Below are positions 19,363-30,134 of a DNA stretch of 64,000 nt, in pieces; the first letter of the stretch is position 1; every line of letters starts with the position of its first letter. The notes beneath the pieces were generated by a model. It had not been told where the DNA came from, did not search any database, and saw nothing but the letters and a program-made list of their open reading frames with translations. The stretch is from NCBI GenBank assembly GCA_041686855.1, contig JAWLDA010000016.1, positions 22,527-86,526 on the forward strand, in the 5' to 3' direction. This stretch comes from Limnochordia bacterium. GTDB lineage: Bacteria > Bacillota > Limnochordia > DTU080 > RSA5. A program made the position numbers and the translations under genes.

Positions 19363-20376
19363 TTACGAGCGACTGCCCACGATAACGCTCTCACGTAATT
19401 TGTCGAGACTCTCGAGCACCTTGCCCGTGCCCAAAGCGACACACGACATGGGATCGTCGGCCAAATGAGCCGGAATACCGGTCTCCGCCGTGAGCAGCTC
19501 GGTGAAACCATCGAGGAGCGCTCCGCCTCCCGTAAGGACGATCCCTTTGTCCATGATGTCCGAGGAGAGTTCGGGAGGTGTCTTTTCGAGGACGGTGCGG
19601 ACCGTTTGAATGATTGAGCGCACTGACTCTTCGAGAGCTTGCAGGACTTGCTCCTGGTTGATCTCGACGGTGCGCGGCAGGCCGGAGACCGCGTCGCGCC
19701 CCCGGATCTCAAATTTCTTACTTGGATCGGGAATATAAACGCTGCCTAACTCGATTTTGCAGGCTTCGGCGGTGCGCTCGCCAATCATGAGGTTGTACTC
19801 TCTACGAACAAAACGCACGATGGCGTCGTCAAATTTATCGCCACCGACGCGGATTGAGTCGGTGACAACCTCTCCGCCCAGTGAGATGACGGCGATATCC
19901 GTGGTGCCTCCACCAATGTCGACGACCATATTACCACTGGCTTCGGCTACACTCAAACCTGCCCCAATAGCAGCCGCCATGGGCTCGGATATGAGGTACA
20001 CTTGCTTCGCGCCGGCCTGCATGGAGGCCTCCAGTACGGCCCGCTTCTCGACGCTGGTGACGCCTGAAGGAACACAAACGACCACCTGGGGTTTAAAGAG
20101 AGGACGTCGACCACAGACACGCTGTATGAAGTACTTGAGCATGGTCTCCGTCACTTGATAATCGGCGATCACACCGTCTTTCAAAGGCCGAATCGCGACG
20201 ATGTTTCCCGGGGTGCGGCCGATCATTTGGCGGGCCTCCTCACCGACGGCAAGGATACGGCTGGTATCCCGGTCGATGGCGACGACCGCTGGTTCGCTAA
20301 TAACGACGCCGCGCCCGCGCACGTAGACGATCACGTTCGCCGTGCCCAAGTCGATGCCAATCTCTTTGGAAAACAT
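19363..20376 (-). CDS. mreB: rod-shape-determining actin homologue MreB/Mbl
   Basis: MFSKEIGIDLGTANVIVY..., DIGGGTTDIAV. ATG at 20376 is preceded by AAAGAGG. The track ORF extends to 20403. Confidence 0.95.
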   Translation of the reverse strand: MFSKEIGIDLGTANVIVYVRGRGVVISEPAVVAIDRDTSRILAVGEEARQMIGRTPGNIVAIRPLKDGVIADYQVTETMLKYFIQRVCGRRPLFKPQVVVCVPSGVTSVEKRAVLEASMQAGAKQVYLISEPMAAAIGAGLSVAEASGNMVVDIGGGTTDIAVISLGGEVVTDSIRVGGDKFDDAIVRFVRREYNLMIGERTAEACKIELGSVYIPDPSKKFEIRGRDAVSGLPRTVEINQEQVLQALEESVRSIIQTVRTVLEKTPPELSSDIMDKGIVLTGGGALLDGFTELLTAETGIPAHLADDPMSCVALGTGKVLESLDKLRESVIVGSRS

Positions 20377-20546
20377 CTGTCCGCCTCTTTCTTCACGTGG
20401 CATTACCGCGGGCCACTCCTGCTCTTGCAGAGCATGTAGCTCTATAGCGCGGTAGCCGCACCTTAACGACTGTGCCTCCTTCGACGGAAGAATTGGCGGC
20501 TCCTCCTAATATTGGCGGTAGTGGACGGTATGGGCAGTCGACGTGA

Positions 20547-20807
20547 CTATGACGCTTTTTGGTCTACTTGATACTTCAGCCTCGTTGCCTCGCCACCGCG
20601 CAGGTGGCGTTCGGCCTTGTTCCGGTCCAACACCCGCTTCACTTTACGGGCCAGCTCTTTATTTAAACGGGGCAGGCGCTCCGTCACATCCTTGTGAACG
20701 GTGCTCTTACTGACACCAAAGACCTCGGCTGCCTGTCGGACGGTCGCGTTGGTGTCGACGATATAACGGGAGACGTCGACCACCCGCTTCCGGATATACT
20801 CCCTCAT
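20547..20807 (-). CDS. spoIIID: sporulation transcriptional regulator SpoIIID
   Basis: 86 aa: MREYIRKRVVDVSRYIVDTNATVRQAAEVFGVSKSTVHKDVTERLP...RHLRGG. This is the typical SpoIIID HTH and it sits next to mreB/mbl. Confidence 0.9.
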   Translation of the reverse strand: MREYIRKRVVDVSRYIVDTNATVRQAAEVFGVSKSTVHKDVTERLPRLNKELARKVKRVLDRNKAERHLRGGEATRLKYQVDQKAS

Positions 20808-20811
20808 CCTC

Positions 20812-20852
20812 CTGCCCCCTCGCCGTTTTGCTACATGTATATGAGGGGGCAG
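20812..20852 (-). promoter_or_regulatory. Shine-Dalgarno-sequestering hairpin in the spoIIID leader
   Basis: On the mRNA: CTGCCCCCTC (from + 20843..20852), a 21-nt loop, then GAGGGGGCAG (from + 20812..20821). This is a perfect 10-bp stem. The 3' arm is the GAGGGGG SD located 7 nt before the ATG at 20807. Confidence 0.5.
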
Positions 20853-20882
20853 TACACTTATGCCGCTGGAATCACGGTTTGC

Positions 20883-21905
20883 CTATGGTGCCAAAACCGG
20901 TAGACTCTCGCCTCCAATGAGTGTCTGCGGATCGATGGGCGAACCGTCGCTGATCAACGTGAAGCCGACGACCCGTCCGCTTTCAGGATCGGGAGCCTCT
21001 CCGATCACTGAACCTGTCGTTACTTCGGTGAATGAAGCAACGTCCACTGAGCGCAGACCCTCGTACTCGCTGCGCAATCCGCCGTCGTGCTCGATGCTCA
21101 CTCGCCATAAACCGCCTTCGCGCACTACATCACGTACCCGTCCGGCGAGCGTGGCACGCACGGTCTGTTCGCCCTCCTCTGGAATAAGCGCTACGGAGGC
21201 GTCGTGACGCCAATCGCCAAAGACAGGGTGGCGGTACCAGCCAAAGGGGCGAGAGATCGAACCTGAGACAGGCCATACGAGGTCATCAGCATTTTCGAGA
21301 ACCTCCGCCACGTCGATCGCGTTCGATTCATTCGGTGGACTGATCACCGACATTTGCTCAGGAGGCATTGCGTCTACCTTCGGTTGAAAACCTCGATCAT
21401 CCGCCTGGCGTTCAACCCGCACCGGAGGCAACTGGGCCGGGGGCGCCTCCACCCGTTGAACAGTCTCAGCCGGGTCGAATACGATCGACTCTGCCTGCTG
21501 TGAAGCCTCCGCTGTCTCTCGATCTGATGACTCCGCTGACGCCGCGGCGTCCTCTCGAGAGAGCTGTGGGAGCGAGGGGAAGTTTAACGCCTGTTCCCCA
21601 TCGGTTCCCCGAGGGTCGGCTCCATCAAAGGGTTGCAAGCCTGCGCTCTGATTGGTTCGCGTGACGACGTTCCAACCTGTGGTGAACCCGACGCCGGCCA
21701 AGACGACGAGCAATGTCAACGCGAAGATCGATCGTTGGAGCGGGGTGCGTCTACGATGTTGGGCTGCCATGGCCTGCAGACCTTTAAGCATCCGCCCCCA
21801 GCCACCTTTGAGCCTTTTACCGATGAGCCTCAGTGAATCCTTGAGTCTGGACATGATTACGTGTTCACTCCTTTTTGCAAGCCTGGTGCTAAGAATTCCG
21901 GGCAT
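20883..21905 (-). CDS. membrane-anchored degenerate LytM (M23) domain protein, SpoIIQ-like
   Basis: N-terminal TM (IFALTLLVVLAGVGFTTGW), a low-complexity linker, and a C-terminal M23 fold (WPVSGSISRPFGWYRHPVFG..). The HxxxD and HxH metal ligands are replaced (RHDASV and GRVVGFTL). It lies just upstream of spoIIID. Confidence 0.6.
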   Translation of the reverse strand: MPGILSTRLAKRSEHVIMSRLKDSLRLIGKRLKGGWGRMLKGLQAMAAQHRRRTPLQRSIFALTLLVVLAGVGFTTGWNVVTRTNQSAGLQPFDGADPRGTDGEQALNFPSLPQLSREDAAASAESSDRETAEASQQAESIVFDPAETVQRVEAPPAQLPPVRVERQADDRGFQPKVDAMPPEQMSVISPPNESNAIDVAEVLENADDLVWPVSGSISRPFGWYRHPVFGDWRHDASVALIPEEGEQTVRATLAGRVRDVVREGGLWRVSIEHDGGLRSEYEGLRSVDVASFTEVTTGSVIGEAPDPESGRVVGFTLISDGSPIDPQTLIGGESLPVLAP

Positions 21906-21926
21906 GCCCTGCCAAGCGTCCTACCG

Positions 21927-22742
21927 TTACAGGGTGGGCGTACCCACCTCAACCCACATGCCTTGTCCCTGACGAGAGATCCGGATCGCCACGTTCGTGC
22001 GCGCGCCACTCACCTCGTAAGGTGTCGTTGTCAGTCTAGGTGAGTACCCACGGGCCGTCACACCGTCAACCCTAGTGTGAGTGGTAACGGCCTCCACATT
22101 CATTTCGTGCATGAGTTGGTCCACAAGACGCTCTACGTCTGTGTCACGGGGTACGGGTCGTCCCTCGACGCTCGCCTCCAGTTCAATTTCCCGCAGAGGA
22201 GCACCCACGGCGCGCTGCAATTGGCCCTCCATTTGGTACATAGCAGACCGCATGCCATCGAGGCGTCCCACAAGCTCCCGAAGGAGCGCAACCTCAAGAC
22301 GCCCGGTGGAGAGCTCGTCCGGCCGAAGAAAGCGAGCCGAAGCCGTCCAAGTTCCCCCTGCCTCGTCGTGCCCGCGATAGTAGACAACGCGATATTGTGG
22401 CCGCACTTCACTCCAAAGCTCGACATCACTGTGCTCAGTACGTGCAGCGGCAATCCGCGCCGCCAGTCTCTTTAGCTCCTCCATCGTCACGTCTTGCTCA
22501 TGACGCACTAAAGCTGTCGCGCGCAGTTGAGTCGCTCGGATGGAGACTCCGGCTGCATCAAGTGCCGCCATCACCGGATGCTCAAGAATTCGCTCGTGTT
22601 TGACCAGTCGAATTTGATGCTGCACAAGGAGCACCAGTAAAGCGGTCAGCGTCAAAGTGAGGCTCACTCGTAGCAGAAAACGGCGTAGCTGCGCCATAAG
22701 TGTCGGCTGGGCATTCACGACGACCGTCTCTTCCGTCATCAT
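21927..22742 (-). CDS. YwmB-family (TATA-box-binding-like fold) membrane-anchored protein
   Basis: ATG at 22742 follows AAAGGAG. One TM is present. The C-terminus NVAIRISRQGQGMWVEVGTPTL resembles the B. subtilis YwmB end (..LQIALRSAGMGGKHTVTVGTPIV..), recalled from memory. It sits next to the atp operon, as in Bacillus. Confidence 0.45.
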   Translation of the reverse strand: MMTEETVVVNAQPTLMAQLRRFLLRVSLTLTLTALLVLLVQHQIRLVKHERILEHPVMAALDAAGVSIRATQLRATALVRHEQDVTMEELKRLAARIAAARTEHSDVELWSEVRPQYRVVYYRGHDEAGGTWTASARFLRPDELSTGRLEVALLRELVGRLDGMRSAMYQMEGQLQRAVGAPLREIELEASVEGRPVPRDTDVERLVDQLMHEMNVEAVTTHTRVDGVTARGYSPRLTTTPYEVSGARTNVAIRISRQGQGMWVEVGTPTL

Positions 22743-22906
22743 CGGGACTCCTTTCCGACAAAACCCGGACAGTGGACGCGAACGTGACTGCTTTCCATGA
22801 TGCCCTCCGACTGGTAGGAATATGCACGGGCATAGGAAATCCACGGAGCTCATACATATTGAGTTGACATTGGCTTCAAGTGAACTGAGAAATTGCAGGT
22901 CACCAG

Positions 22907-23374
22907 GTGATGAGGAGGAGGTGCGGTCGCTTGGAAACTGCGTTGACCAAGGCGCTTATAAATTGGCTACATCTCACAGCCGCGATGGTATGGTTGGGAG
23001 CCATCTTTACCACACCGCTCGTTCTAACCCAAGTGTTAGCAAACGAGCGCGAGAACATCCGACAGAGGGTGAAGGCTAGATATCACACCTGCCTCTCGCC
23101 AGTCGCGTGGGGAGCCCTTGGAGTGCTCACGATCACCGGATTGATTCGGGCGATGAGCCACCTCGACCAAGGTTGGACCGATTTGATCACAACCGAGTGG
23201 GGCAGGCTTTTATCTTTTAAAATTCTCTTGATCGGGGTCATGGTGACGGCGGGGGCGTATGCCAGGTATCGACTCATTCCAAGGATCGAACGGAGCGCGG
23301 GGACCCTGCAGCTCATCTCGGTAGGCACAGCGGCGCTCGGCCTAGCGCTCTTGTGGGTGATTACACTACTGTAG
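22907..23374 (+). CDS. CopD-like small integral membrane protein
   Basis: About 150 aa with 4 TMs (LINWLHLTAAMVWLGAIFTTPLVL...). Start is uncertain: GTG 22907, ATG 22910 or TTG 22931. Confidence 0.5.
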   Translation: MMRRRCGRLETALTKALINWLHLTAAMVWLGAIFTTPLVLTQVLANERENIRQRVKARYHTCLSPVAWGALGVLTITGLIRAMSHLDQGWTDLITTEWGRLLSFKILLIGVMVTAGAYARYRLIPRIERSAGTLQLISVGTAALGLALLWVITLL

Positions 23375-23425
23375 GACGTCTTTCGATATTGCACCGTAAC
23401 CTAAACAAATGCCCGAACACGCGAA

Positions 23426-23460
23426 ACGGACCTCCCGGGGAAAGAGCCTCGGAGGTCCGT
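23426..23460 (-). terminator. hairpin downstream of atpC (also 3' of the convergent copD-like gene)
   Basis: ACGGACCTCC ... GGAGGTCCGT forms a perfect 10-bp stem. On the minus strand it is followed by TTTCG. The U-tract is weak. Confidence 0.45.
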
Positions 23461-23490
23461 TAGAGATGCCAGTATTTCATGGGGCGTAAG

Positions 23491-23892
23491 TTAGGCGCCT
23501 GCAGCTTGGAGTCGGTTGACTGCCCGGCGAAACGCAGCTTCGGCCCGAGCGCGGTCCACACCCTCTTGCCGCTGCTGCAATCGACGCTCGGCCCGTTCCT
23601 TCGCAGCCATCGCCCGCGCTACGTCAATCTCTCCCGCCAGTTCAGCAGTGTCAGCAAGTATAGACACCTTGTTCTCAGCGACTTCAACGAATCCGCCCGT
23701 GATTGCCAGACGCGTCTTTTCAGCGTTCACGCTGCCGTACTCAACGATACCAATACCAAGTCCGGCTACCATTGGTGCGTGACCACTCAAAAATCCGAGT
23801 CGTCCCTCTACGCCGGGGACAACGACCGATTGTGCGTCCTCGGTCAATACGGTCCGCTCGGGCGTCACAACCTCGAGACGCAGGTCGGCCAT
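23491..23892 (-). CDS. atpC: F1 ATP synthase subunit epsilon
   Basis: 133 aa (LEVVTPERTVL...) immediately after atpD. Confidence 0.9.
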   Translation of the reverse strand: MADLRLEVVTPERTVLTEDAQSVVVPGVEGRLGFLSGHAPMVAGLGIGIVEYGSVNAEKTRLAITGGFVEVAENKVSILADTAELAGEIDVARAMAAKERAERRLQQRQEGVDRARAEAAFRRAVNRLQAAGA

Positions 23893-25368
<1,476 letters not shown>

Positions 25369-25392
25369 TCACATCAGTGGAGATGCGTGCTC

Positions 25393-26304
25393 TTAGCCCG
25401 ATCCGGCCAAAGCCTCCGCCCCGCCGACGATCTCCGCAATCTCCTTGGTAATGCTCGCTTGACGAGCCCTGTTGAAGGTGAGCGTCAGAGCATCGATCAT
25501 CTCTCCCGCGTTGTCGGAGGCGCTGCGCATTGCAGTCATGCGAGCGCCAAACTCGCTCGCTTTCGCCTCCATGAGCGCACTATACATCTCAGTCTCAACG
25601 TAACGCGGCAGCAAAATGTTGAGGACTGCATCGGCGGAGGGTTCGTAAAGGTACTCGCTCGCACTCCCTGAGTCAGACTCCACCGCCCCATCAGCTGTTG
25701 CGCCCGCTGGATCCACGATCGGCAACAATTGCTCGAGCTTCGGCCGTTGACTGATGGCACTGACAAACTCAGTGTACAACAGGTGAATCTCGTCATACTC
25801 CCGGGTTGTAAAGGATTCCATGAGGAAACCAGCGATCTCTTTAGCCGTTGCAAACTCAATCTCGTCGCCGAGATTCACGTACTCTGCGACCGGCTTAATC
25901 TGTTGCTTCCTCAGAAAGTCCCGTACCTTCCGCCCAATTGCGACCACGCCAAACTCACGTCGCTCCTCCTTGATCACCTGGTTGAGCTTTCGAAGGAGGT
26001 TGGCATTGTAACCACCTGCGAGTCCGCCATCTGCCGCCACGGCGACGTAGAGTACCCGCTTACTCTCCCTCGCCTCCAACAAGGGGTGAGCAAGCTCGCC
26101 GGTCCCTTCTCCCCCTCGAGCAGACGCTACCAGACGAACGAGCACCTCCCGCAACTTACCGGCGAAAGGCCGACTTGCAACGACGCGGTTTTGCGCACGT
26201 CTGAGTTTCGCGGCAGCGACCATCTCCATCGCCTTTGTGATTTGCTGCATGTTCTTCACGCTGGCGATACGGCGCTTAATGTCGCGCATCGACTCTCCTG
26301 CCAT
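25393..26304 (-). CDS. atpG: F1 ATP synthase subunit gamma
   Basis: MRDIKRRIASVKNMQQITKAMEMVAAAKLRRAQ; C-terminal ITKEIAEIVGGAEAL. Confidence 0.95.
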   Translation of the reverse strand: MAGESMRDIKRRIASVKNMQQITKAMEMVAAAKLRRAQNRVVASRPFAGKLREVLVRLVASARGGEGTGELAHPLLEARESKRVLYVAVAADGGLAGGYNANLLRKLNQVIKEERREFGVVAIGRKVRDFLRKQQIKPVAEYVNLGDEIEFATAKEIAGFLMESFTTREYDEIHLLYTEFVSAISQRPKLEQLLPIVDPAGATADGAVESDSGSASEYLYEPSADAVLNILLPRYVETEMYSALMEAKASEFGARMTAMRSASDNAGEMIDALTLTFNRARQASITKEIAEIVGGAEALAGSG

Positions 26305-26337
26305 CTTGACCTACACCACCTTTACTGCCGGAGCGTG

Positions 26338-27846
26338 CTAGGAATTAAAGCCTTCTTTAAAGGTCTTGATCGCCTTCTCGAGGCTCTCCACGATCTCATC
26401 CGACAATTCCTTTTGATCCCGAATGGCCGCAAGCACATCGGAGTGCTCCGTATCGAGAAAGCGGAAGAAGTCGGATTCAAAGGCCGAGATGCGCTCGACA
26501 GGAATGTCATCGAGATGACCGTTGACCGCTACGTACAAAATGGCGACTTGACGTTCAACAGGTAGCGGCTCATACTGGCCTTGCTTAAGCACCTCAGTCA
26601 TGCGCTCACCACGAGCGAGCCGGGCCTGTGTGGCTCGGTCAAGATCCGAACCGAACTGCGCAAACGCCGCAAGCTCACGATACTGCGAGAGATCCAGACG
26701 CAGACTACCTGCAACCTTCTTCATCGCCTTGATTTGGGCATCACCACCGACACGTGAGACCGAGATACCGACGTTAATCGCCGGTCGCACACCTGAGTAA
26801 AACAGGTCGGACTCCAAGAAGATCTGCCCATCTGTAATGGAAATGACATTAGTCGGGACGTAAGCCGATACGTCTCCGGCCTGCGTCTCAATGATCGGCA
26901 GAGCGGTCAGAGATCCGGCGCCGAGCTCGTCATTCAATTTGACTGCCCGTTCCAATAGACGTGAGTGCAAGTAAAAGACATCACCCGGGAATGCTTCGCG
27001 CCCCGGCGGTCGACGCAAGAGCAGGCTCAACTCACGGTAAGCAGCAGCATGCTTGGACAGGTCATCGTAGACCACAAGCACATGCTTGCCATTGTACATG
27101 AACTCTTCGCCCATTGCGCATCCGGCGTAAGGCGCGATGTAAAGCAGCGGTGCAGGCTCAGAAGCCGTAGCGGAGACGACGATTGTATAATCCATCGCTC
27201 CATGCTTTTTGAGCGTCTCCACAATCCCGGATACCGTCGATGCCTTTTGACCAATCGCGACGTAGACGCAGATGACGTCCTGCCCTTTTTGGTTCAAAAT
27301 GGTATCGAGTGCAACAGCCGTCTTACCAGTCTGGCGGTCTCCAATAATCAACTCGCGTTGTCCGCGGCCGATCGGGATCATCGAGTCAATCGCCTTGAGT
27401 CCTGTTTGCAAAGGCTCATGCACGTTCTTCCGGTCGACGACACCGGCGGAGTTCGCCTCAATCGGGCGGCTCTTTTCAGTCTCGATCGGGCCGGCGCCAT
27501 CAAGGGGCTGCCCAAGTGGGTTGACGACGCGACCAATCAAGGCCTCACCCACCGGAACTTCTACAATGCGACCGGTACGTTTGACCGTGTCTCCTTCTTT
27601 GATGTCGGAGAACGGACCCATAATAACGCAACCGATATTGTCCTCTTCCAGGTTGAGCGCCATGCCGTACACGCCGTTCTCAAACTCGAGAAGCTCACCG
27701 GCCATGGCGTCTTCAAGGCCGTAGATGCGTGCAATTCCGTCACCCACCATCACGACGGTACCGACGCTCTCAACCTTGACATCTGATTCAAATTCTGCGA
27801 TTTGCTTCTTTAAGATCGCACTGATCTCATCAGGTCGAATCGCCAC
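26338..27846 (-). CDS. atpA: F1 ATP synthase subunit alpha
   Basis: [15 protein letters not shown] Walker A motif and typical alpha N- and C-termini. Confidence 0.97.
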   Translation of the reverse strand: MAIRPDEISAILKKQIAEFESDVKVESVGTVVMVGDGIARIYGLEDAMAGELLEFENGVYGMALNLEEDNIGCVIMGPFSDIKEGDTVKRTGRIVEVPVGEALIGRVVNPLGQPLDGAGPIETEKSRPIEANSAGVVDRKNVHEPLQTGLKAIDSMIPIGRGQRELIIGDRQTGKTAVALDTILNQKGQDVICVYVAIGQKASTVSGIVETLKKHGAMDYTIVVSATASEPAPLLYIAPYAGCAMGEEFMYNGKHVLVVYDDLSKHAAAYRELSLLLRRPPGREAFPGDVFYLHSRLLERAVKLNDELGAGSLTALPIIETQAGDVSAYVPTNVISITDGQIFLESDLFYSGVRPAINVGISVSRVGGDAQIKAMKKVAGSLRLDLSQYRELAAFAQFGSDLDRATQARLARGERMTEVLKQGQYEPLPVERQVAILYVAVNGHLDDIPVERISAFESDFFRFLDTEHSDVLAAIRDQKELSDEIVESLEKAIKTFKEGFNS

Positions 27847-27866
27847 TCACCATCACCCCGTTCGAT

Positions 27867-28412
27867 TCAGTTGAGCTGCGCCCGTTTGAGCTGTTCCCCA
27901 AGAAGGTTGAGGCGAGTTTTCACGCTGCCGTCCATCACCAAGTCCCCAATGCGGGCCACAACTCCACCCAGCAGGTCCTCGTTCTCTCGGGTCGTCAAAC
28001 GCACTTCCTTACCCAATACCTTCGCTATCCCTTGAGCAATATCGTTCGATTGCTCTTGGTCTAAAGCCTGAGCCGTCGTCAACTCGACCTCAACGATTCC
28101 CCGTTTGCGGTCGGCGTACTCCAAAAACTCCTCGATCATATCCGCAAGCGCCGTCTCGCGTCGCTTGGTAACGACGAGGAGGAGGAAGTTTAGGGTAAGT
28201 CGCGAGAAGCGCTCCGCGAAGGCCGCGCGAACCAACTTTATCTTGTCTTCAGTGCTCACATTCTCACTTTCGAGAGCTCGACGAAAACCAGCGTTGCTCA
28301 TCATCTCCAGAACGGAGCTGAGCTCTGCTTCTACTTCCGTCAGGTGACCGCTTTCATGCGCCAACTCTCCGAGCGCGTGTGCGTAACGGCGGGCGAGCTT
28401 TCGGCTCTTCAA
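27867..28412 (-). CDS. atpH: F1 ATP synthase subunit delta (OSCP)
   Basis: 181 aa in the expected operon position. TTG start overlaps the atpF stop (TTGA). Confidence 0.85.
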   Translation of the reverse strand: MKSRKLARRYAHALGELAHESGHLTEVEAELSSVLEMMSNAGFRRALESENVSTEDKIKLVRAAFAERFSRLTLNFLLLVVTKRRETALADMIEEFLEYADRKRGIVEVELTTAQALDQEQSNDIAQGIAKVLGKEVRLTTRENEDLLGGVVARIGDLVMDGSVKTRLNLLGEQLKRAQLN

Positions 28413-28954
28413 TTGAGCTCGCCTACCTTGTCAACGAAGTCCTTGACGAGGCCTTCATGGTCCTCCTTGGTGATCGTCCGGTTTAGAATCTTACCGGCAG
28501 CAGCGACAGCCAAGGTGGCGACCTCATCGCGGATGGCCGAAACGGCTCTCTCGCGCTCAACCTGAATTTCACGCTTCGCCTTCTCCAGGATGGCCTGAGC
28601 CTCGTTGTCGGCTTCCACGCGCTTGCGCCTGCCGTAATCCTCGGCATCTTTGGAGGCCTTCTCAATAATCTGTTGCGCCTCTTGGCGCGCCTCTTTGAGT
28701 TGCTCCTTGTACTCGGCCAGCAACTTATCCGCCTCTTCTTTTGAGGAAGCGGCATGAGTGAGCGAATCCTCGACAAACTTCTCGCGGCGTTGGATTACGC
28801 CGGCAATTGGCTTAAAGAGTAGAAAGTAAAGGCCGCCCATTACAATCAGAAGGTTGACAGACTGAAGGATAAGAGTCCACCAGTCGATCGTAACTGGATT
28901 GGCCGCACCACCTGCGGCCGCGGCAAACGTCAAGTTGACGAGCATCCCCGTCAC
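28409..28954 (-). CDS. atpF: F0 ATP synthase subunit b
   Basis: One N-terminal TM followed by a long charged helix (KEEADKLLAEYKEQLKEARQEAQ...). Confidence 0.85.
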   Translation of the reverse strand: MTGMLVNLTFAAAAGGAANPVTIDWWTLILQSVNLLIVMGGLYFLLFKPIAGVIQRREKFVEDSLTHAASSKEEADKLLAEYKEQLKEARQEAQQIIEKASKDAEDYGRRKRVEADNEAQAILEKAKREIQVERERAVSAIRDEVATLAVAAAGKILNRTITKEDHEGLVKDFVDKVGELN

Positions 28955-29029
28955 CTCTCTTTAAGTTCGACGTCAAAAGTTCAGTGTAACCGGGTCGGCG
29001 TCAATTTCGCCGTCCTGTTCGCGGTGACA

Positions 29030-29059
29030 CCCGGGTCGCTCCAAGCGGACCGACCCGGG
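29030..29059 (-). other. intra-operon stem-loop in the 159-nt atpE-atpF spacer
   Basis: CCCGGGTCG (29030..29038) and CGACCCGGG (29051..29059) form a perfect 9-bp GC-rich stem with a 12-nt loop. No U-tract follows. Confidence 0.4.
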
Positions 29060-29113
29060 ACCCACCAAGCACTAGAAGGTCTGCCGATCCTTTCCGGACG
29101 CCAAACGCTCCTA

Positions 29114-29329
29114 TTAAAACTTGGTCCAGATAAGGATGGCCATAACGAATCCAAACAGCGTAAGCGCTTCGATAAAGGCCAAACCAATGAGCAGCGTGGT
29201 ACGAATATCGCCTGCCGCCTCGGGCTGCCGAGAGATGCCCTGCATAGCCGAAGCAGTCGCCCAGCCCTGCCCGAGCGCGGACCCCAACGCCGGGAGCGCA
29301 ATAGCCAGCGCAGTTGCGAGGAACTCCAT
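29114..29329 (-). CDS. atpE: F0 ATP synthase subunit c
   Basis: [38 protein letters not shown]...[20 protein letters not shown] at 29329 is preceded by GGAGG. The track ORF reaching 29437 is an over-extension. Confidence 0.9.
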   Translation of the reverse strand: MEFLATALAIALPALGSALGQGWATASAMQGISRQPEAAGDIRTTLLIGLAFIEALTLFGFVMAILIWTKF

Positions 29330-29443
29330 GGTTATACCTCCTTCCACTCCTATTTCCACTCGCTTGTTACTCCGGGATACACGCAAGGGGGGGTATATCA
29401 ACCGACCCCAGTCACGATCCCGGACTTCCCCGCCCAAGGCGCT

Positions 29444-30133
29444 TTAGTGCCCGTGGGTAGCCGTGGCCAAATAGGTCACAGTGAGCAGGGTAAAGATAAA
29501 CGCTTGAATGCCACCCATGAGGATGCCAAGTCCCATCAATGGGATGGGCGCCAAGAGAGGCAAGAGGATGAAGAAAATTGTTGCAACCATCTTTTCACCA
29601 AACATGTTGCCGAAAAGTCGGATTGCCAAGGAGAAAGGTTTTACAAATTCCTCAATAACGTTGAGGGGAAGCATGGCCGGAAGCGGCTTTGCGAAGTTAC
29701 CCAGGTAATGCCCAAGACCCTGCTCTCGAATACCCATAATTTGTACGATGACAATCGTCGTAAAGGCCAAGCCCGCCGTCGTCATTACATCGGTCGTCGG
29801 GGGGACAAAGTTAGGTATAAACCAAGAGAGGTTAAGGAAGACGATAAAGACAAAGAGCGTGCCGACAATCGGCAGGAACTTTCGACCGGACTTGCCCATC
29901 CCGTCGTCAATCAACGAGTAGATGAACTCGACAAAAATCTCAAGGAACGACTGGGCTCCTCGCGGCTTTTCACTGATCCGTCGCGTAAGTAAGAAGATGG
30001 CGACAAACATCACCGCCATGACTATCCAGGTGTTGACGACGGTACTCGAGACGTTGATCGGACCTATGTGGAAGACATCGTGTCGAGTGAGGTGCGCAAC
30101 CACTTCACCAAGCTGCCGTACTTTCTCTTCCAT
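29444..30133 (-). CDS. atpB: F0 ATP synthase subunit a
   Basis: Multi-TM protein with LAIRLFGNMFGE (conserved Arg). ATG at 30133 abuts the atpI stop. Confidence 0.9.
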   Translation of the reverse strand: MEEKVRQLGEVVAHLTRHDVFHIGPINVSSTVVNTWIVMAVMFVAIFLLTRRISEKPRGAQSFLEIFVEFIYSLIDDGMGKSGRKFLPIVGTLFVFIVFLNLSWFIPNFVPPTTDVMTTAGLAFTTIVIVQIMGIREQGLGHYLGNFAKPLPAMLPLNVIEEFVKPFSLAIRLFGNMFGEKMVATIFFILLPLLAPIPLMGLGILMGGIQAFIFTLLTVTYLATATHGH

Positions 30134-30134
30134 C

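Noticed and set aside
20835-20863. Sigma-E-type promoter for spoIIID (GCATAAG ... CATATACAT)
   Set aside because: It matches the kmATATT / CATACA-T consensus only partially and the spacing is ambiguous. I kept it only as a comment within the hairpin finding.
25729-27786. Plus-strand ORFs 25729..26565 and 26965..27786 opposite atpG/atpA
   Set aside because: They are antisense shadows of conserved ATP synthase genes.
29024-29992. 322-aa plus-strand ORF spanning atpE-atpB
   Set aside because: It crosses an intergenic spacer and lies antisense to two well-supported membrane subunits.
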